Part shown: positions 20,616 to 30,464 of the stretch, piece by piece
Numbering within the stretch: the first letter of the stretch is position 1
Layout: each line of letters begins with the position of its first letter
DNA from: an uncultured Lentisphaerales bacterium
Lineage (GTDB): Bacteria; Verrucomicrobiota; Kiritimatiellia; RFP12; JAAYLN01
Assembly (NCBI GenBank): GCA_964542285.1
Contig: CAZIUM010000001.1
Location: forward strand, 2,751-66,750
Direction of reading: 5' to 3'
Length of the DNA: 64,000 bases
Notes under the pieces: model-generated
What the model saw: only the letters and a program-made list of their open reading frames with translations
Told to the model about the DNA's origin: nothing
The model's database searches: none
Made by a program: the position numbers and the translations under genes

Positions 20616-20677
20616 TTGACGCAACGAAAGGTTGTCGCTACCTTAATTCGCTCGTTGAACACGAGGAAATTTATTTG

Positions 20678-22000
20678 ATGCGAAACAGACCGGAACACTT
20701 CTTGGCACGTGAACTCAACCAGAGCCTGGCCGCGGACGGCAGTATCCTGCCGTCCCTCCTTTCCGCCAGGGGAACACGCGCATTCTTCCCGTCCAGGGGC
20801 ATTCTTGGTCAAAGCGCCGAAGCCCGGCATGCGGCCATCAATGCCACGATCGGAACGGCGCTGGAAGATGACGGCAGCGCCTTGGCGCTGGACTGCCTGA
20901 AGGATTTGGTGCACCTGCCTTCCGATGCCTTCTTGTACGCCCCGAGCGCGGGCTCGCCCGATTTGCGTCGTCAATGGCGCGCCATGCTGGACGAAAAGAA
21001 TTCCACGATGCCGAATGTTTCCTGCAGCCTGCCGGTTGTGACTCAGGCCCTCACGCATGGGCTCTACCTGGCGGGACTGTTGTTTGTCGACCCCGGCGAG
21101 TCCATCATCCTGCCCGATCTCTACTGGGACAATTACGAGCTTTTGTTCGTGGAAGGCTGCGGCGCGAACTTTGCAACCTTCGACATTTTTGCCGACGGCG
21201 GCTACAATGTCCCGGGAATGCGCCGCCTGTTGATGCAGCCGGGCGAAAAGAAGATCCTGCTGTTGAACTTTCCCAACAACCCCACGGGGTACACGGCCAC
21301 CGAGTCCGAAGCCACCGCCATTGTGGAAGCCGTTTCGGAAGCCGCGGCGGCGGGAAAACACATCGTGGTGTTGCTGGACGATGCCTATTTCGGGCTGGTT
21401 TACGAACCGGGGGTTTATCGACAATCCCTGTTTCCCCTGCTGGCGCAATGCCATCCCAACGTGCTGGCGATCAAGCTGGACGGGCCGACCAAGGAAGACT
21501 ACGTCTGGGGCTTGCGCCTGGGATTCATCACCTTCGGCATGCAAGGCGCTACGCAAGAACACTACCGCGCCCTGGAGGACAAGACCGCCGGACTGGTGCG
21601 CGCCACCATTTCCAGCGCCGGCAATCTGCCGCAACAATTGCTGTTGCATGGATTCGCCCATGACGATTACCGGCGACAGAAGGCCGTCAAGATGTCGGTG
21701 TTGAAGGAACGCTACGATCGCATCAAGGCCGTGCTGGTCGACCACCCCGAATATGCCGAATCGTTTGTTCCCTTGCCCTTCAACTCGGGGTATTTCATGT
21801 GCGTGCGCCCGCGGGATGCCGATTGCGAACGGGTGCGCCGAGTGCTGTTGCAGGAATTCGATACGGGCGTCATCGTTCTTTCGGGACTGATTCGCCTGGC
21901 CTTTTCCAGTGTTCCGTTGGGACGAATCGAACCGTTGTTTGCCAATCTTGACGCTGCCATTCGCAAGGTGAAATCCGAGGATCGTTCCCATGAATCATGA
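20678..22000 (+). CDS. PLP-dependent aminotransferase, class I/II
   Basis: LLNFPNNPTGY motif; Lys-containing region (AIKLDGPTKEDYVWGLRLG); about 440 aa. Confidence 0.8.
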   Translation: MRNRPEHFLARELNQSLAADGSILPSLLSARGTRAFFPSRGILGQSAEARHAAINATIGTALEDDGSALALDCLKDLVHLPSDAFLYAPSAGSPDLRRQWRAMLDEKNSTMPNVSCSLPVVTQALTHGLYLAGLLFVDPGESIILPDLYWDNYELLFVEGCGANFATFDIFADGGYNVPGMRRLLMQPGEKKILLLNFPNNPTGYTATESEATAIVEAVSEAAAAGKHIVVLLDDAYFGLVYEPGVYRQSLFPLLAQCHPNVLAIKLDGPTKEDYVWGLRLGFITFGMQGATQEHYRALEDKTAGLVRATISSAGNLPQQLLLHGFAHDDYRRQKAVKMSVLKERYDRIKAVLVDHPEYAESFVPLPFNSGYFMCVRPRDADCERVRRVLLQEFDTGVIVLSGLIRLAFSSVPLGRIEPLFANLDAAIRKVKSEDRSHES

Positions 22001-23312
22001 CCAGGTTGCCAGGTTGTCGCTCGACGGCCAGGATGTCGATTTTCCCGTCGTAACCGGAAGCGAGGGCGAGCGCGCCATTGACATCGAGAAGTTGCGCAAG
22101 CAGACTGGACACATCACGCTGGACTACGGGTTCAACAACACCGGGGCCTGCAAGAGCGCCATAACCTATCTTGACGGAGAAAAGGGCATCTTGCGCTACC
22201 GCGGGTATCCCGTGGAGGAACTGGCCGAAAAATCGCGTTTCGTGGAAGTGGCTTATTTACTGATCAACGACAGGATGCCCACTCCCACGGAACGAGAGGA
22301 ATGGACTCAACTGCTCAATCTGCATTCGATGTTCCATGAGGACATGCGCCATTTCTTTTATCGTTTTCCGGATGGCGCGCATCCGATGGCGATTTTATCC
22401 GCCATGGTCGTGTCGCTTTCGGCCTTTTATCCCGAGTTGTCGCAGCATCGCGTGAACGAATGCGAAGAAGCCATCAACATCGCCGCTACGCGGTTGTTGT
22501 CGAAGTTGCGTACCATCGCCGCGTTCTCCTTCAAGAAGTCGGTCGGCGAGCCCTTTGTTTATCCCCGGCACGATCTGCGATACTGTGCCAATTTCCTCAA
22601 CATGATGTTCAGTTCGCCGGTGAACCCCTACGAAATCAAGCCCGAGGTGGTCAAGGCCTTGAACGTCCTGCTGATTCTGCACGCGGACCACGAGCAGAAC
22701 TGTTCGACATCGGCGGTGCGACTTGTCGGCAGCGCCAGGGTCAATCTCTACGCGGCCGTCGCGGCCGGCATCTGCGCGTTATGGGGTCCGTTGCATGGCG
22801 GCGCCAATCAGATGGTTGTCGAAATGCTCGAAGGCATGCATAAACGCGGCGAAACCGCGCAACAACGCATTGAAAAAGTTAAGACTTCCAGGGGGCGTGA
22901 GTTGCTGTATGGCTTTGGACACCGTGTCTACAAGAGTTACGATCCGCGCGCCAGGGTGATCAAGGTGTATTGCGACCAGTTGCTTAAAACCTTGAAGCTG
23001 AACGATCCGCTTCTCGACATTGCCCTGGAACTGGAAGACGCCGCCTTGAATGACGAGTATTTCGTCTCCCGCCATCTGTATCCGAACGTGGATTTCTACA
23101 GCGGCATCATCTACCGCGCCATCGGCATCCCCAAGGAAATGTTTACCGTGATGTTTGCCTTGGGACGCCTGCCGGGCTGGATTGCGCACTGGAAGGAAGC
23201 GCGCGAGGACCCCAAATTCAAGCTGCAACGTCCGCGCCAGGTGTATGTCGGGCCCGGACTGCGACACCTGGAGGAACATGAGTTCTCCAGCGACAGTATG
23301 CGTTTCTGCTGA
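21990..23312 (+). CDS. gltA: citrate synthase
   Basis: GYPVEELAE, ILHADHEQNCSTSAVRLVGSA and GFGHRVYKSYDPRA are hallmark citrate synthase blocks. Confidence 0.9.
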   Translation: MNHDQVARLSLDGQDVDFPVVTGSEGERAIDIEKLRKQTGHITLDYGFNNTGACKSAITYLDGEKGILRYRGYPVEELAEKSRFVEVAYLLINDRMPTPTEREEWTQLLNLHSMFHEDMRHFFYRFPDGAHPMAILSAMVVSLSAFYPELSQHRVNECEEAINIAATRLLSKLRTIAAFSFKKSVGEPFVYPRHDLRYCANFLNMMFSSPVNPYEIKPEVVKALNVLLILHADHEQNCSTSAVRLVGSARVNLYAAVAAGICALWGPLHGGANQMVVEMLEGMHKRGETAQQRIEKVKTSRGRELLYGFGHRVYKSYDPRARVIKVYCDQLLKTLKLNDPLLDIALELEDAALNDEYFVSRHLYPNVDFYSGIIYRAIGIPKEMFTVMFALGRLPGWIAHWKEAREDPKFKLQRPRQVYVGPGLRHLEEHEFSSDSMRFC

Positions 23313-23411
23313 TGATGTTGTCGAGGGTTGAGGGGGGCGCGCGCAAATTTTATCGTTTCGACGCTTTGCGTCAAAATGGTAGGGTCGCGAGGCCCTTCGC
23401 CCCCGCGCGAT

Positions 23412-24854
23412 TCAGGATCGTTCGGACGAACGGCGCGAAGTCCGGTGCCCCTTTCCGCTCCGGGGTGCCAGCGTCACTCTTCCATGGTACCGGATGACGA
23501 TGGGGGATCCGCTCAATTCGAACTGTTCCCGCAGCGAGCGGATGATATACTCGGTGTAGTTGGTGGAGGCCAGGCTGGGATCGTTGACGTACAGGCGGAT
23601 CTCGATCGGGGCCGTGCCGGTCTGGGTGGCATAGTACAGCTTCAATTTGCGTCCGCGCCGTCTCGGAGCCTGCACACGGTCCGTGACCCGGGCCAGCAGG
23701 CGGTTGAGTTGTCCCGTCGGCAGGCTGGCGCGCATGCAACCGGCTACCTGGTCGATGGCCTCCAGACTGCGGCGGATGTTGTAGCCGCTCTGTGCCGACG
23801 CGAAGACCAGGGGACAGTGCGAGAGAAAAGGCATGGCGTCACGCAACGCCGGTTCGTACTGCGCCTGGGTGATGCCGTTTTCCTGCGCCAGGTCCCACTT
23901 GTTGACCAGTAAAACGCATCCCTTGCGTTTGTTTTGCACCATGGCGGCGATGTGTTTGTCCTGCAGGGTGGGCCCGAGCGTTGCGTCCATGATCAGCACC
24001 ACGACGTCGGACGATCCGACACTATGCTCGGCACGCATCAGGCTGAAGCGGTCCACCGCCTCGCTCATGCGGTGAATGTTGCGCATTCCGGCCGTGTCGA
24101 TCAGGCGATACTGTCGCACGGTGGCCCCCTTGCCGATCGTGAAGGGGATTTCGATGCTGTCGCGCGTCGTGCCGGCGACCTCCGAGACGATCATCCGCGG
24201 CTCGTGCAGCAGGCGGTTGATATAGGAGGACTTGCCGGCGTTCGGGCGTCCGACTACCGCGACCTTGAGGGCATTGCCGTCGGAAGCGCGGGGGACGTGA
24301 GGCGGCAACCTTGCCAGCACGTCCTGCATCAGACGGTCGACGCCGCGGTTGTGCAAGGCCGACACAGGAAACAAGGGGAACCCCAGCGACGCGAAATCCG
24401 TGCCGGCCATGTCGTGGCTGGATACGTCGCACTTGTTGACGGCGACCAGCGCCTCGCGTCCGGCGCGGCGGATCAACTGAGCGACTTCTCCGTCCATGGG
24501 ATGCAGGCCGGTCTGCGAATCCACAACCAGGATCAGCACCGAAGCCTTGCCGACCGCGGCATCGACCTGGGCGCGCACCCCGTATTCGATGGCATCCGTG
24601 GTTTGTTGGCCTTCCAGCATGCGGACGCCCCCCGTGTCCACCAGCTCAAAAGGTTGGTCGTCCCAGCGGACCTGCCGTTCCAGGCGGTCGCGGGTGACGC
24701 CGCTTTCATTGTGGACAATCGCTAGGCGACGCCCCGCAATGCGGTTGAACAGGGCGGATTTGCCCACGTTGGGACGCCCGACAATCGCCACCGATCGGTG
24801 CGGCGCGGTCGGGTCGGGAGACGGGGCGGGGGACGATGATGGATCGTTGCACAT
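23412..24854 (-). CDS. der: ribosome-associated GTPase Der (EngA)
   Basis: Two tandem GTPase domains (GRPNVGKSALFNR and GRPNAGKSSYINR) plus a KH-like C-terminus; start uncertain (24854 or 24890). Confidence 0.9.
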   Translation of the reverse strand: MCNDPSSSPAPSPDPTAPHRSVAIVGRPNVGKSALFNRIAGRRLAIVHNESGVTRDRLERQVRWDDQPFELVDTGGVRMLEGQQTTDAIEYGVRAQVDAAVGKASVLILVVDSQTGLHPMDGEVAQLIRRAGREALVAVNKCDVSSHDMAGTDFASLGFPLFPVSALHNRGVDRLMQDVLARLPPHVPRASDGNALKVAVVGRPNAGKSSYINRLLHEPRMIVSEVAGTTRDSIEIPFTIGKGATVRQYRLIDTAGMRNIHRMSEAVDRFSLMRAEHSVGSSDVVVLIMDATLGPTLQDKHIAAMVQNKRKGCVLLVNKWDLAQENGITQAQYEPALRDAMPFLSHCPLVFASAQSGYNIRRSLEAIDQVAGCMRASLPTGQLNRLLARVTDRVQAPRRRGRKLKLYYATQTGTAPIEIRLYVNDPSLASTNYTEYIIRSLREQFELSGSPIVIRYHGRVTLAPRSGKGHRTSRRSSERS

Positions 24855-24964
24855 GTCCTGTAGTTTAGCGAAACACAGAGGCATCGCCAAGAACGCTTCT
24901 TTATGGTAGGATATTATTTCATGGTTTTATTGCGTGACCGAATTTCTGGCGCAGCCGACAAGTT

Positions 24965-27076
24965 ATGAAGAATTTTCCCTATCAGTTTATCAACCGCGTC
25001 CGCCGGGACGCGCGGCGAAGACGGGAACCGGTGACCTTGCAGACCGTTGGGCGCACAAGCACCTTTGTGGCCTACGACTGGGGCAATGACACCTTCATTT
25101 TCGAACGGGACATCTGGAAGCACAGGCCACCGCGCGCCCCGGTGCTGATTGTTCCCAAGAACCAGCTGGCTCCCTGTCTGGAAGGCTATGTCATGACGGT
25201 GACGGCGGGCAATCATGTCGTCGCGGCCGTACCGCTTTTGCGGGGCGATTTCTGGAATCTGGGGCGGGTTCCCAAACGCCAGTACAACGAAGTTCTGCTG
25301 CGTGGCATGGTCTACGGCAACCTTGTCGGCAACACGCTGGAAATTTCCCAGCGCGATGTGCTGGCCTGGCGCGTGTACGATGTCGACGAATGGTTGCGCG
25401 GACTGGGATGGCCTCTTTCCGGCGTGGTGATCGCCGATCGCGTCGACGCCACCCTGGAATATTATCGTCGCATGGGGCAGGAATGGCGCATCAAGCCCCT
25501 CGCCTGGACGCGCGATGAAATGGACCTGGCCATACGTTCCAGTCGCGCCCGTATTCATAGTCGCCTCAACTATTATCACAGCGTGAAGGGCGTGCATTTG
25601 CTGTCCTACCGAGAGTTCTCCCGCATGGCCGCCTGGGCCCGCGAGGATTACGAAGCCTTCTTGACGGCATTGACGGAGATCGTCGGCACGGACGGCGAAT
25701 TGCGCGATTCCCTGATGCGGATTCCCAAGTACCACGGCCATCACGAGATCGAATTGTTCGGCGTGCATGGCTCGCGGGCCATCGACAGCCTGGTGCCGGA
25801 ATTGGAACGTCTGCATGGCGAAATCGAGCAGGGACGGTGCCAGCAGGACGAAGCCATCCGGCGGATCGAATGGATTCAGCGACGCTTCTACCAACTGCTC
25901 GAGAATCCCGAACTGGCTGACGAAGAGCATGATATGTTTGCCGGCAGCATTTACAAGCATCTGACGGGCGAAGTGTATTATGGCAACAGCGGCCAGGTGA
26001 TTCCGGCCTTCGATGACCGCAAGACCGCCCTGCCCGGAGCGACCTATCGTGGCGGCAAACCCGAAATTCATCCCGGCGCCGACAAACGCACCCTGGCCAT
26101 TCTCGATTATGTTCAGTCGATGCTAAGCCATGGCGAGTGCATCGAATATGTCAATGTATATGAATTGCGGCTTGAAAATCATACGCCCCTCGGACGCGGA
26201 CCCACGCGGGAAATTGTGTTCAAGACCAACCGCCGCCCGGTTTGCATGCGCCTGATCGAAAAGCGGCTGGCGCATCACGGCACCGGGTACGCAAACTACA
26301 TGCTCGCGCGTGTGCAGGGACTGCAGAGCCTGGGCGTTGCCTATGGAAACCATTACCTGCTGGCGCGCCACGACCGCCAGGCCGGAGAAGTGCATTACTA
26401 CATTCGCGAACGGTACCCCGGCAATGCCTTCGGCTCGATTGCCCGCAACCAGTTTCAGAAAACCGATCCGGTTCGGGGCATGGTGTACGATCCACCCCCG
26501 ATCTTGATGGTGGCCGCGCTCATGGGGCGCGCGGCCGCCCAGACCCTGGCGGTAAAGAAATACATCCCGGAGAGCCGATCGGTGCATTTTGGCGAGGGCA
26601 AGGAGATCATCGAGTTCGGATTCGACGTTCAGTTGATGCGGGAAATGCCCTTGCGGGTACGCTTGTGCTCCGTGCGTGGCACACTGGGTTGGCCGCGCCT
26701 GGAACGCACCGAGGAGAATCTGCTGCAATGTTTTGAGCTGTACCTGCAGTCCTTCGCCGTTGCCATGATCGGGTTCTGGCGCGAATATGCCGACGCGGTC
26801 AAGCTCTCGCAGGTGCGCAATCATTTTCTCGATGGGTTTGCCGCCGCCACGAGGGAGCTTCACTGGAGCTACATCAGCCGTCGCGAGCAGTTTGACCTGT
26901 TCGATCCCGATGTTCGATCCAAGTTCCGCTTTAAAGCCAAATGGTTGTTTGCCCTGTGGTCGCTGATCCAACAACAGGAACGGTTGCCCTGGTTGCGTTC
27001 CCGTTTCAACGAGATCATGGACCTACGCGCCGAAACGCATCCAAGGGTCGACTCCGAAACGGGGGGGGCGTCATGA
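24965..27076 (+). CDS. hypothetical protein, 703 aa, no recognisable domain
   Basis: Strong third-position GC bias and balanced amino-acid composition in this frame; the stop overlaps the hslO start (ATGA). Confidence 0.6.
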   Translation: MKNFPYQFINRVRRDARRRREPVTLQTVGRTSTFVAYDWGNDTFIFERDIWKHRPPRAPVLIVPKNQLAPCLEGYVMTVTAGNHVVAAVPLLRGDFWNLGRVPKRQYNEVLLRGMVYGNLVGNTLEISQRDVLAWRVYDVDEWLRGLGWPLSGVVIADRVDATLEYYRRMGQEWRIKPLAWTRDEMDLAIRSSRARIHSRLNYYHSVKGVHLLSYREFSRMAAWAREDYEAFLTALTEIVGTDGELRDSLMRIPKYHGHHEIELFGVHGSRAIDSLVPELERLHGEIEQGRCQQDEAIRRIEWIQRRFYQLLENPELADEEHDMFAGSIYKHLTGEVYYGNSGQVIPAFDDRKTALPGATYRGGKPEIHPGADKRTLAILDYVQSMLSHGECIEYVNVYELRLENHTPLGRGPTREIVFKTNRRPVCMRLIEKRLAHHGTGYANYMLARVQGLQSLGVAYGNHYLLARHDRQAGEVHYYIRERYPGNAFGSIARNQFQKTDPVRGMVYDPPPILMVAALMGRAAAQTLAVKKYIPESRSVHFGEGKEIIEFGFDVQLMREMPLRVRLCSVRGTLGWPRLERTEENLLQCFELYLQSFAVAMIGFWREYADAVKLSQVRNHFLDGFAAATRELHWSYISRREQFDLFDPDVRSKFRFKAKWLFALWSLIQQQERLPWLRSRFNEIMDLRAETHPRVDSETGGAS

Positions 27077-27999
27077 TCATGCCCCGTTCCGCGGATTTGA
27101 TGCACCAGGGGCTGATTCGCTCGCAGCGGTTGCGCTGGGTGCATGTCGATGTTTGCGATTCGGCACGCATGCTGTCGCAGAATCATCTTTGCGGTCCCAC
27201 GGCCGGACTGGTCCTGGCCGAGGCCCTCGCGGGGGTGGCCTTGTTGGGAAGCGAACTGAACGCCCATGACGAAACGGTATCGTTGCGCTTGCAAGTGACC
27301 GGCCCCTTGGACGGGTTGCTGGTGGAGGCTGCCGGAAACGGAGCCTTGCGCGGCTATACCCGCGTCAAGGTCATGAACGAACTCGATGGACAGGAGACCC
27401 TGCATGCCGATTGGGCGCTGGGCTCTCGTGCCGAGGTATGGATTGTCAGTTCCAAGCCGGGGGTCATCCTTTCGCAGGCGGCGTTGGCGGTGGAACCGGC
27501 CACCATTCAGGGCGCGATCGAGACATATTACACCCGCTCGTTGCAACGCAGAGTTTTCGTGATGATTTCATGCCAGACTTATGACGGCTGGGTCGATCTG
27601 GCACGGGCGCTCCTGGTGGAGTGCATGCCCGACGGCAACCGCCAGGCCTATGAGCGCCTGAAGTCTTTGGCCGATGAGGGGGCCATGCTCGATGCGATCG
27701 AGTCGGCTTCTGGAGTGGAGGCTTTCTGGCGGGAAATGGGAGTGGATGACGCCGTTCACGACAACCCGACTCCCTTGCGCTTTGCCTGCCGCTGCAATCG
27801 CCAGCGCGTCGGCGAGATGCTGAAATCGCTGCCGCGCCAGGAACTGGAGCAGATGGCCGCGGCGGGAAAACCGGTCAATCTGTTTTGCCACATGTGCGGG
27901 AAATCCTACCCAATTGATGTCGCCACCTTGACCCACCTGCTGGCCGCGCAACGTCAAGGCGGCGATTCGGAGGAGGGTTCGTCCAACGATGCATCCTGA
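27073..27999 (+). CDS. hslO: Hsp33 redox-regulated chaperone
   Basis: C-terminal zinc centre CxC...CxxC (FACRCNRQ...LFCHMCGKSY). Confidence 0.85.
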   Translation: MIMPRSADLMHQGLIRSQRLRWVHVDVCDSARMLSQNHLCGPTAGLVLAEALAGVALLGSELNAHDETVSLRLQVTGPLDGLLVEAAGNGALRGYTRVKVMNELDGQETLHADWALGSRAEVWIVSSKPGVILSQAALAVEPATIQGAIETYYTRSLQRRVFVMISCQTYDGWVDLARALLVECMPDGNRQAYERLKSLADEGAMLDAIESASGVEAFWREMGVDDAVHDNPTPLRFACRCNRQRVGEMLKSLPRQELEQMAAAGKPVNLFCHMCGKSYPIDVATLTHLLAAQRQGGDSEEGSSNDAS

Positions 28000-28507
28000 C
28001 GTTTGTAAAATTCTGTCCCGTCGCAGCGTGCGCGCCTTTTCCGACCAGGCGATTCACGACCAAGAGCTGCGCGACATGCTTAAAGCCGCCATGGCCGCAC
28101 CTTCCGCGGGAGGGAGCGATCCCTGGCATTTCATCGTGGTGCGTTCGCCCGGCATGCTGGTGCGTCTTGCCGAGGTGTTGCCCCGCGGGCAGATGCTGGC
28201 CCGTGCGCAGGTGGGCGTGGTTGTCTGCGGCGAACAGTATTTGGCGCGACGGCAACAGTTGTCCTACATGCTTCAGGATTGCAGCGCCGCAATTGAAAAT
28301 CTGCTCCTGGCGGCTTCGTTCTCGGGGCTGGGCGGATGTTGGGTCGGAATTCATCCCGACCCCGCGCGGGTCGAAGGGGTCCGGCACCTGCTGGGAATTC
28401 CCCAGGCCATTACGCCGGTTGCGGGAGTCGCCCTGGGAAGGCCGGACGAACATCACCGCGCCCGTACCCGGTTCTCCGAAGCCCGTCTGCACCTGGAAGT
28501 CTGGTAA
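27989..28507 (+). CDS. nitroreductase family protein
   Basis: ILSRRSVRAF...AAPSAGGSDPWHFIVV...AIENLLLAASFSGLGGCWVG. Confidence 0.7.
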   Translation: MHPDVCKILSRRSVRAFSDQAIHDQELRDMLKAAMAAPSAGGSDPWHFIVVRSPGMLVRLAEVLPRGQMLARAQVGVVVCGEQYLARRQQLSYMLQDCSAAIENLLLAASFSGLGGCWVGIHPDPARVEGVRHLLGIPQAITPVAGVALGRPDEHHRARTRFSEARLHLEVW

Positions 28508-28525
28508 AATAGGACAAGCGTTTAA

Positions 28526-29707
28526 ATGAGAAATTCTATTCCGATGCACCCCAAACTCAGAATCGTAGCCGACATCAACATGCCGTTTGTCCGGGAGGCC
28601 TTCGGGACCCTGGGTGACGTTTTGGCCTTGGATGGGCGCAACATCACGGCGGAGCATGTGCGCGATGCCGACATCCTGGTCACGCGCTCCACCACCCGGG
28701 TTAATGCATCCCTGCTGGAAGGCAGTCGTGTGTGCTTTTATGGTTCCGGGGTTATCGGCACCGATCATATCGACATATCCTGGCTGGACCGGCAACGCAT
28801 CGCGTGGCAATCCGCCCCGGGGTGCAATGCCGGCAGCGTGGCGCAGTACATTGCCTGTGCCCTGCTCTGGCTTGCCGGACGTCATGACTTCACGCTGGAA
28901 GGCAAGACCCTTGGCGTGGTGGGCGTCGGACACGTCGGTCGCAAGGTGGTCGATAAAGGCCGCGCTCTCGGAATGCGTGTGGTGTGCTGCGATCCTCCGC
29001 GCCAGCGCGATCCGTCCGATGTCGAAGCGCGCGATTTTGTCGACCTGCCGACGCTTTTGGACGCGGCCGACATTGTCACCCTGCATGTGCCCCTGACGCG
29101 CGAGGGAGAGGATGCCACCTGGCACATGCTTTCGATGTCGCGCCTGGCGCGCTTGAAACCGGGGGCCATCCTGATCAATGCCGCGCGGGGGCCGGTGCTG
29201 GACAATGAAGCCTGGATGCGATTGCGGGGAAGTGGGCCTCCCGCCCATACCCTGCTGGATACCTGGGAACCCGAACCCGCTTACCGTGCCGATGTGCGGG
29301 CGGCCGTGGACTTGGGCACCCCCCACATTGCCGGGCATTCCTTTGAAGGCAAGGTTAACGGCACCTTGCAGGTGTATAAAGCGGCCTGCCGCTTCCTGGG
29401 GCGTCCCGCCGAGTACCGGCCGACCATGCCGCCGCCGCCCGTTCCCATGGTGGAAGTCGATGCCGCGGGAAAGTCCGACGAGGAAGTGATGCGGAACCTG
29501 GCGCTGGCCGTGTACGACATCGCCGCGGACGACGCCGTGATGCGTGCGGGATGCGTCCCCGACACGACGGCCCGCGCGGCGGCGTTCGACCGCCAGCGAA
29601 GAGATTACCCGATGCGACGAGAGTTTGGCGCCACCCTTGTCCGATTGCGCCATGCCACCCCGACCGCGGAGCGGAAAATCCGCGCGCTGGGGTTCGACGT
29701 GAACTGA
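28526..29707 (+). CDS. pdxB: erythronate-4-phosphate dehydrogenase (D-2-hydroxyacid dehydrogenase family)
   Basis: PdxB-like N-terminus (KLRIVADINMPFVREAFGTLGDV), NAD-binding GVVGVGHVGRKV, catalytic HIAGHS, and a PdxB-type C-terminal dimerisation extension. Confidence 0.75.
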   Translation: MRNSIPMHPKLRIVADINMPFVREAFGTLGDVLALDGRNITAEHVRDADILVTRSTTRVNASLLEGSRVCFYGSGVIGTDHIDISWLDRQRIAWQSAPGCNAGSVAQYIACALLWLAGRHDFTLEGKTLGVVGVGHVGRKVVDKGRALGMRVVCCDPPRQRDPSDVEARDFVDLPTLLDAADIVTLHVPLTREGEDATWHMLSMSRLARLKPGAILINAARGPVLDNEAWMRLRGSGPPAHTLLDTWEPEPAYRADVRAAVDLGTPHIAGHSFEGKVNGTLQVYKAACRFLGRPAEYRPTMPPPPVPMVEVDAAGKSDEEVMRNLALAVYDIAADDAVMRAGCVPDTTARAAAFDRQRRDYPMRREFGATLVRLRHATPTAERKIRALGFDVN

Positions 29708-29731
29708 CATCTTCGTCAGTCAGGCGCCCGA

Positions 29732-30457
29732 TTATGCGTTTTTAACGAAGGTATAGTTTCCGTTCCCTTGGCTGCAAACGAGTGAATATCCATTTTTAGT
29801 TAAATTGTTTACTGAATCCAGTATTCTATTCCTATAATCAGCATCAAGGGGGTTAAAACACTCGTCATACTCAACACAAAGGACACCCACATCGAGATCG
29901 TCTTCAAGAATGGAGTCGATTACTTTGTATTCGGCTCCTTCAATATCAATCTTCAGGAGGTCGATTTTTTGATGGCCAAGTTCTTTCATGAAAGAGGAGA
30001 GCCTTTTTACATGAACCGATATGTAAATTTCGGTTTTTTGAAGGTTTAAAAGCGAGTGCGAAACATGATCTGGATTTTTCGGGGCAAAAAAATTCAACAT
30101 GTCTTCCTTGTCCCATAAACCGATGTCGAAAAAATGGTATTTGGGGTTTCCAGCCGCCACCTTCTTTACATGGACCATTGCCCTTGGGGTTGGATCAAGG
30201 CCATAAACATGACATCCAAACCGATCAATTAACCCCAAGTCGAACGTTATATCTTCGCCGCATCCAACGCAGTAGCAGATCGAATCCGGGCCCAGGCGAC
30301 GCGTCGGAACGACCCACCCTCCATAATCGCTTCCGATTTCTTTTAAATCCTCCCGGGGAAAAATCTTTGCGCCAGTGATGGAGTCTTTCCCCCATAGTTT
30401 ATAAAGGAAAGTTGAAAACCGGGCTGCGATTTTACGGGGAATTTGTCGGTAATGCAT
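29732..30457 (-). CDS. FkbM family methyltransferase (low-GC islet)
   Basis: VGCGEDITFDLGLI...FGCHVYGLDP...LLKIDIEGAEYKV matches the FkbM methyltransferase family. GC is markedly lower than in flanking genes. Confidence 0.7.
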   Translation of the reverse strand: MHYRQIPRKIAARFSTFLYKLWGKDSITGAKIFPREDLKEIGSDYGGWVVPTRRLGPDSICYCVGCGEDITFDLGLIDRFGCHVYGLDPTPRAMVHVKKVAAGNPKYHFFDIGLWDKEDMLNFFAPKNPDHVSHSLLNLQKTEIYISVHVKRLSSFMKELGHQKIDLLKIDIEGAEYKVIDSILEDDLDVGVLCVEYDECFNPLDADYRNRILDSVNNLTKNGYSLVCSQGNGNYTFVKNA

Positions 30458-30464
30458 GATCGTT

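Noticed and set aside
19619-21991. 790-aa minus-strand ORF spanning uspA and the aminotransferase
   Set aside because: Antisense to two genes with strong motif support (UspA fold, NFPNNPTG); Arg/Gly/Gln/His-rich low-complexity translation; high-GC artefact.
23340-23400. GACGC-TTT-GCGTC hairpin between convergent gltA and der as an intrinsic terminator
   Set aside because: 5-bp stem and no following U-tract on either strand; too weak to call.
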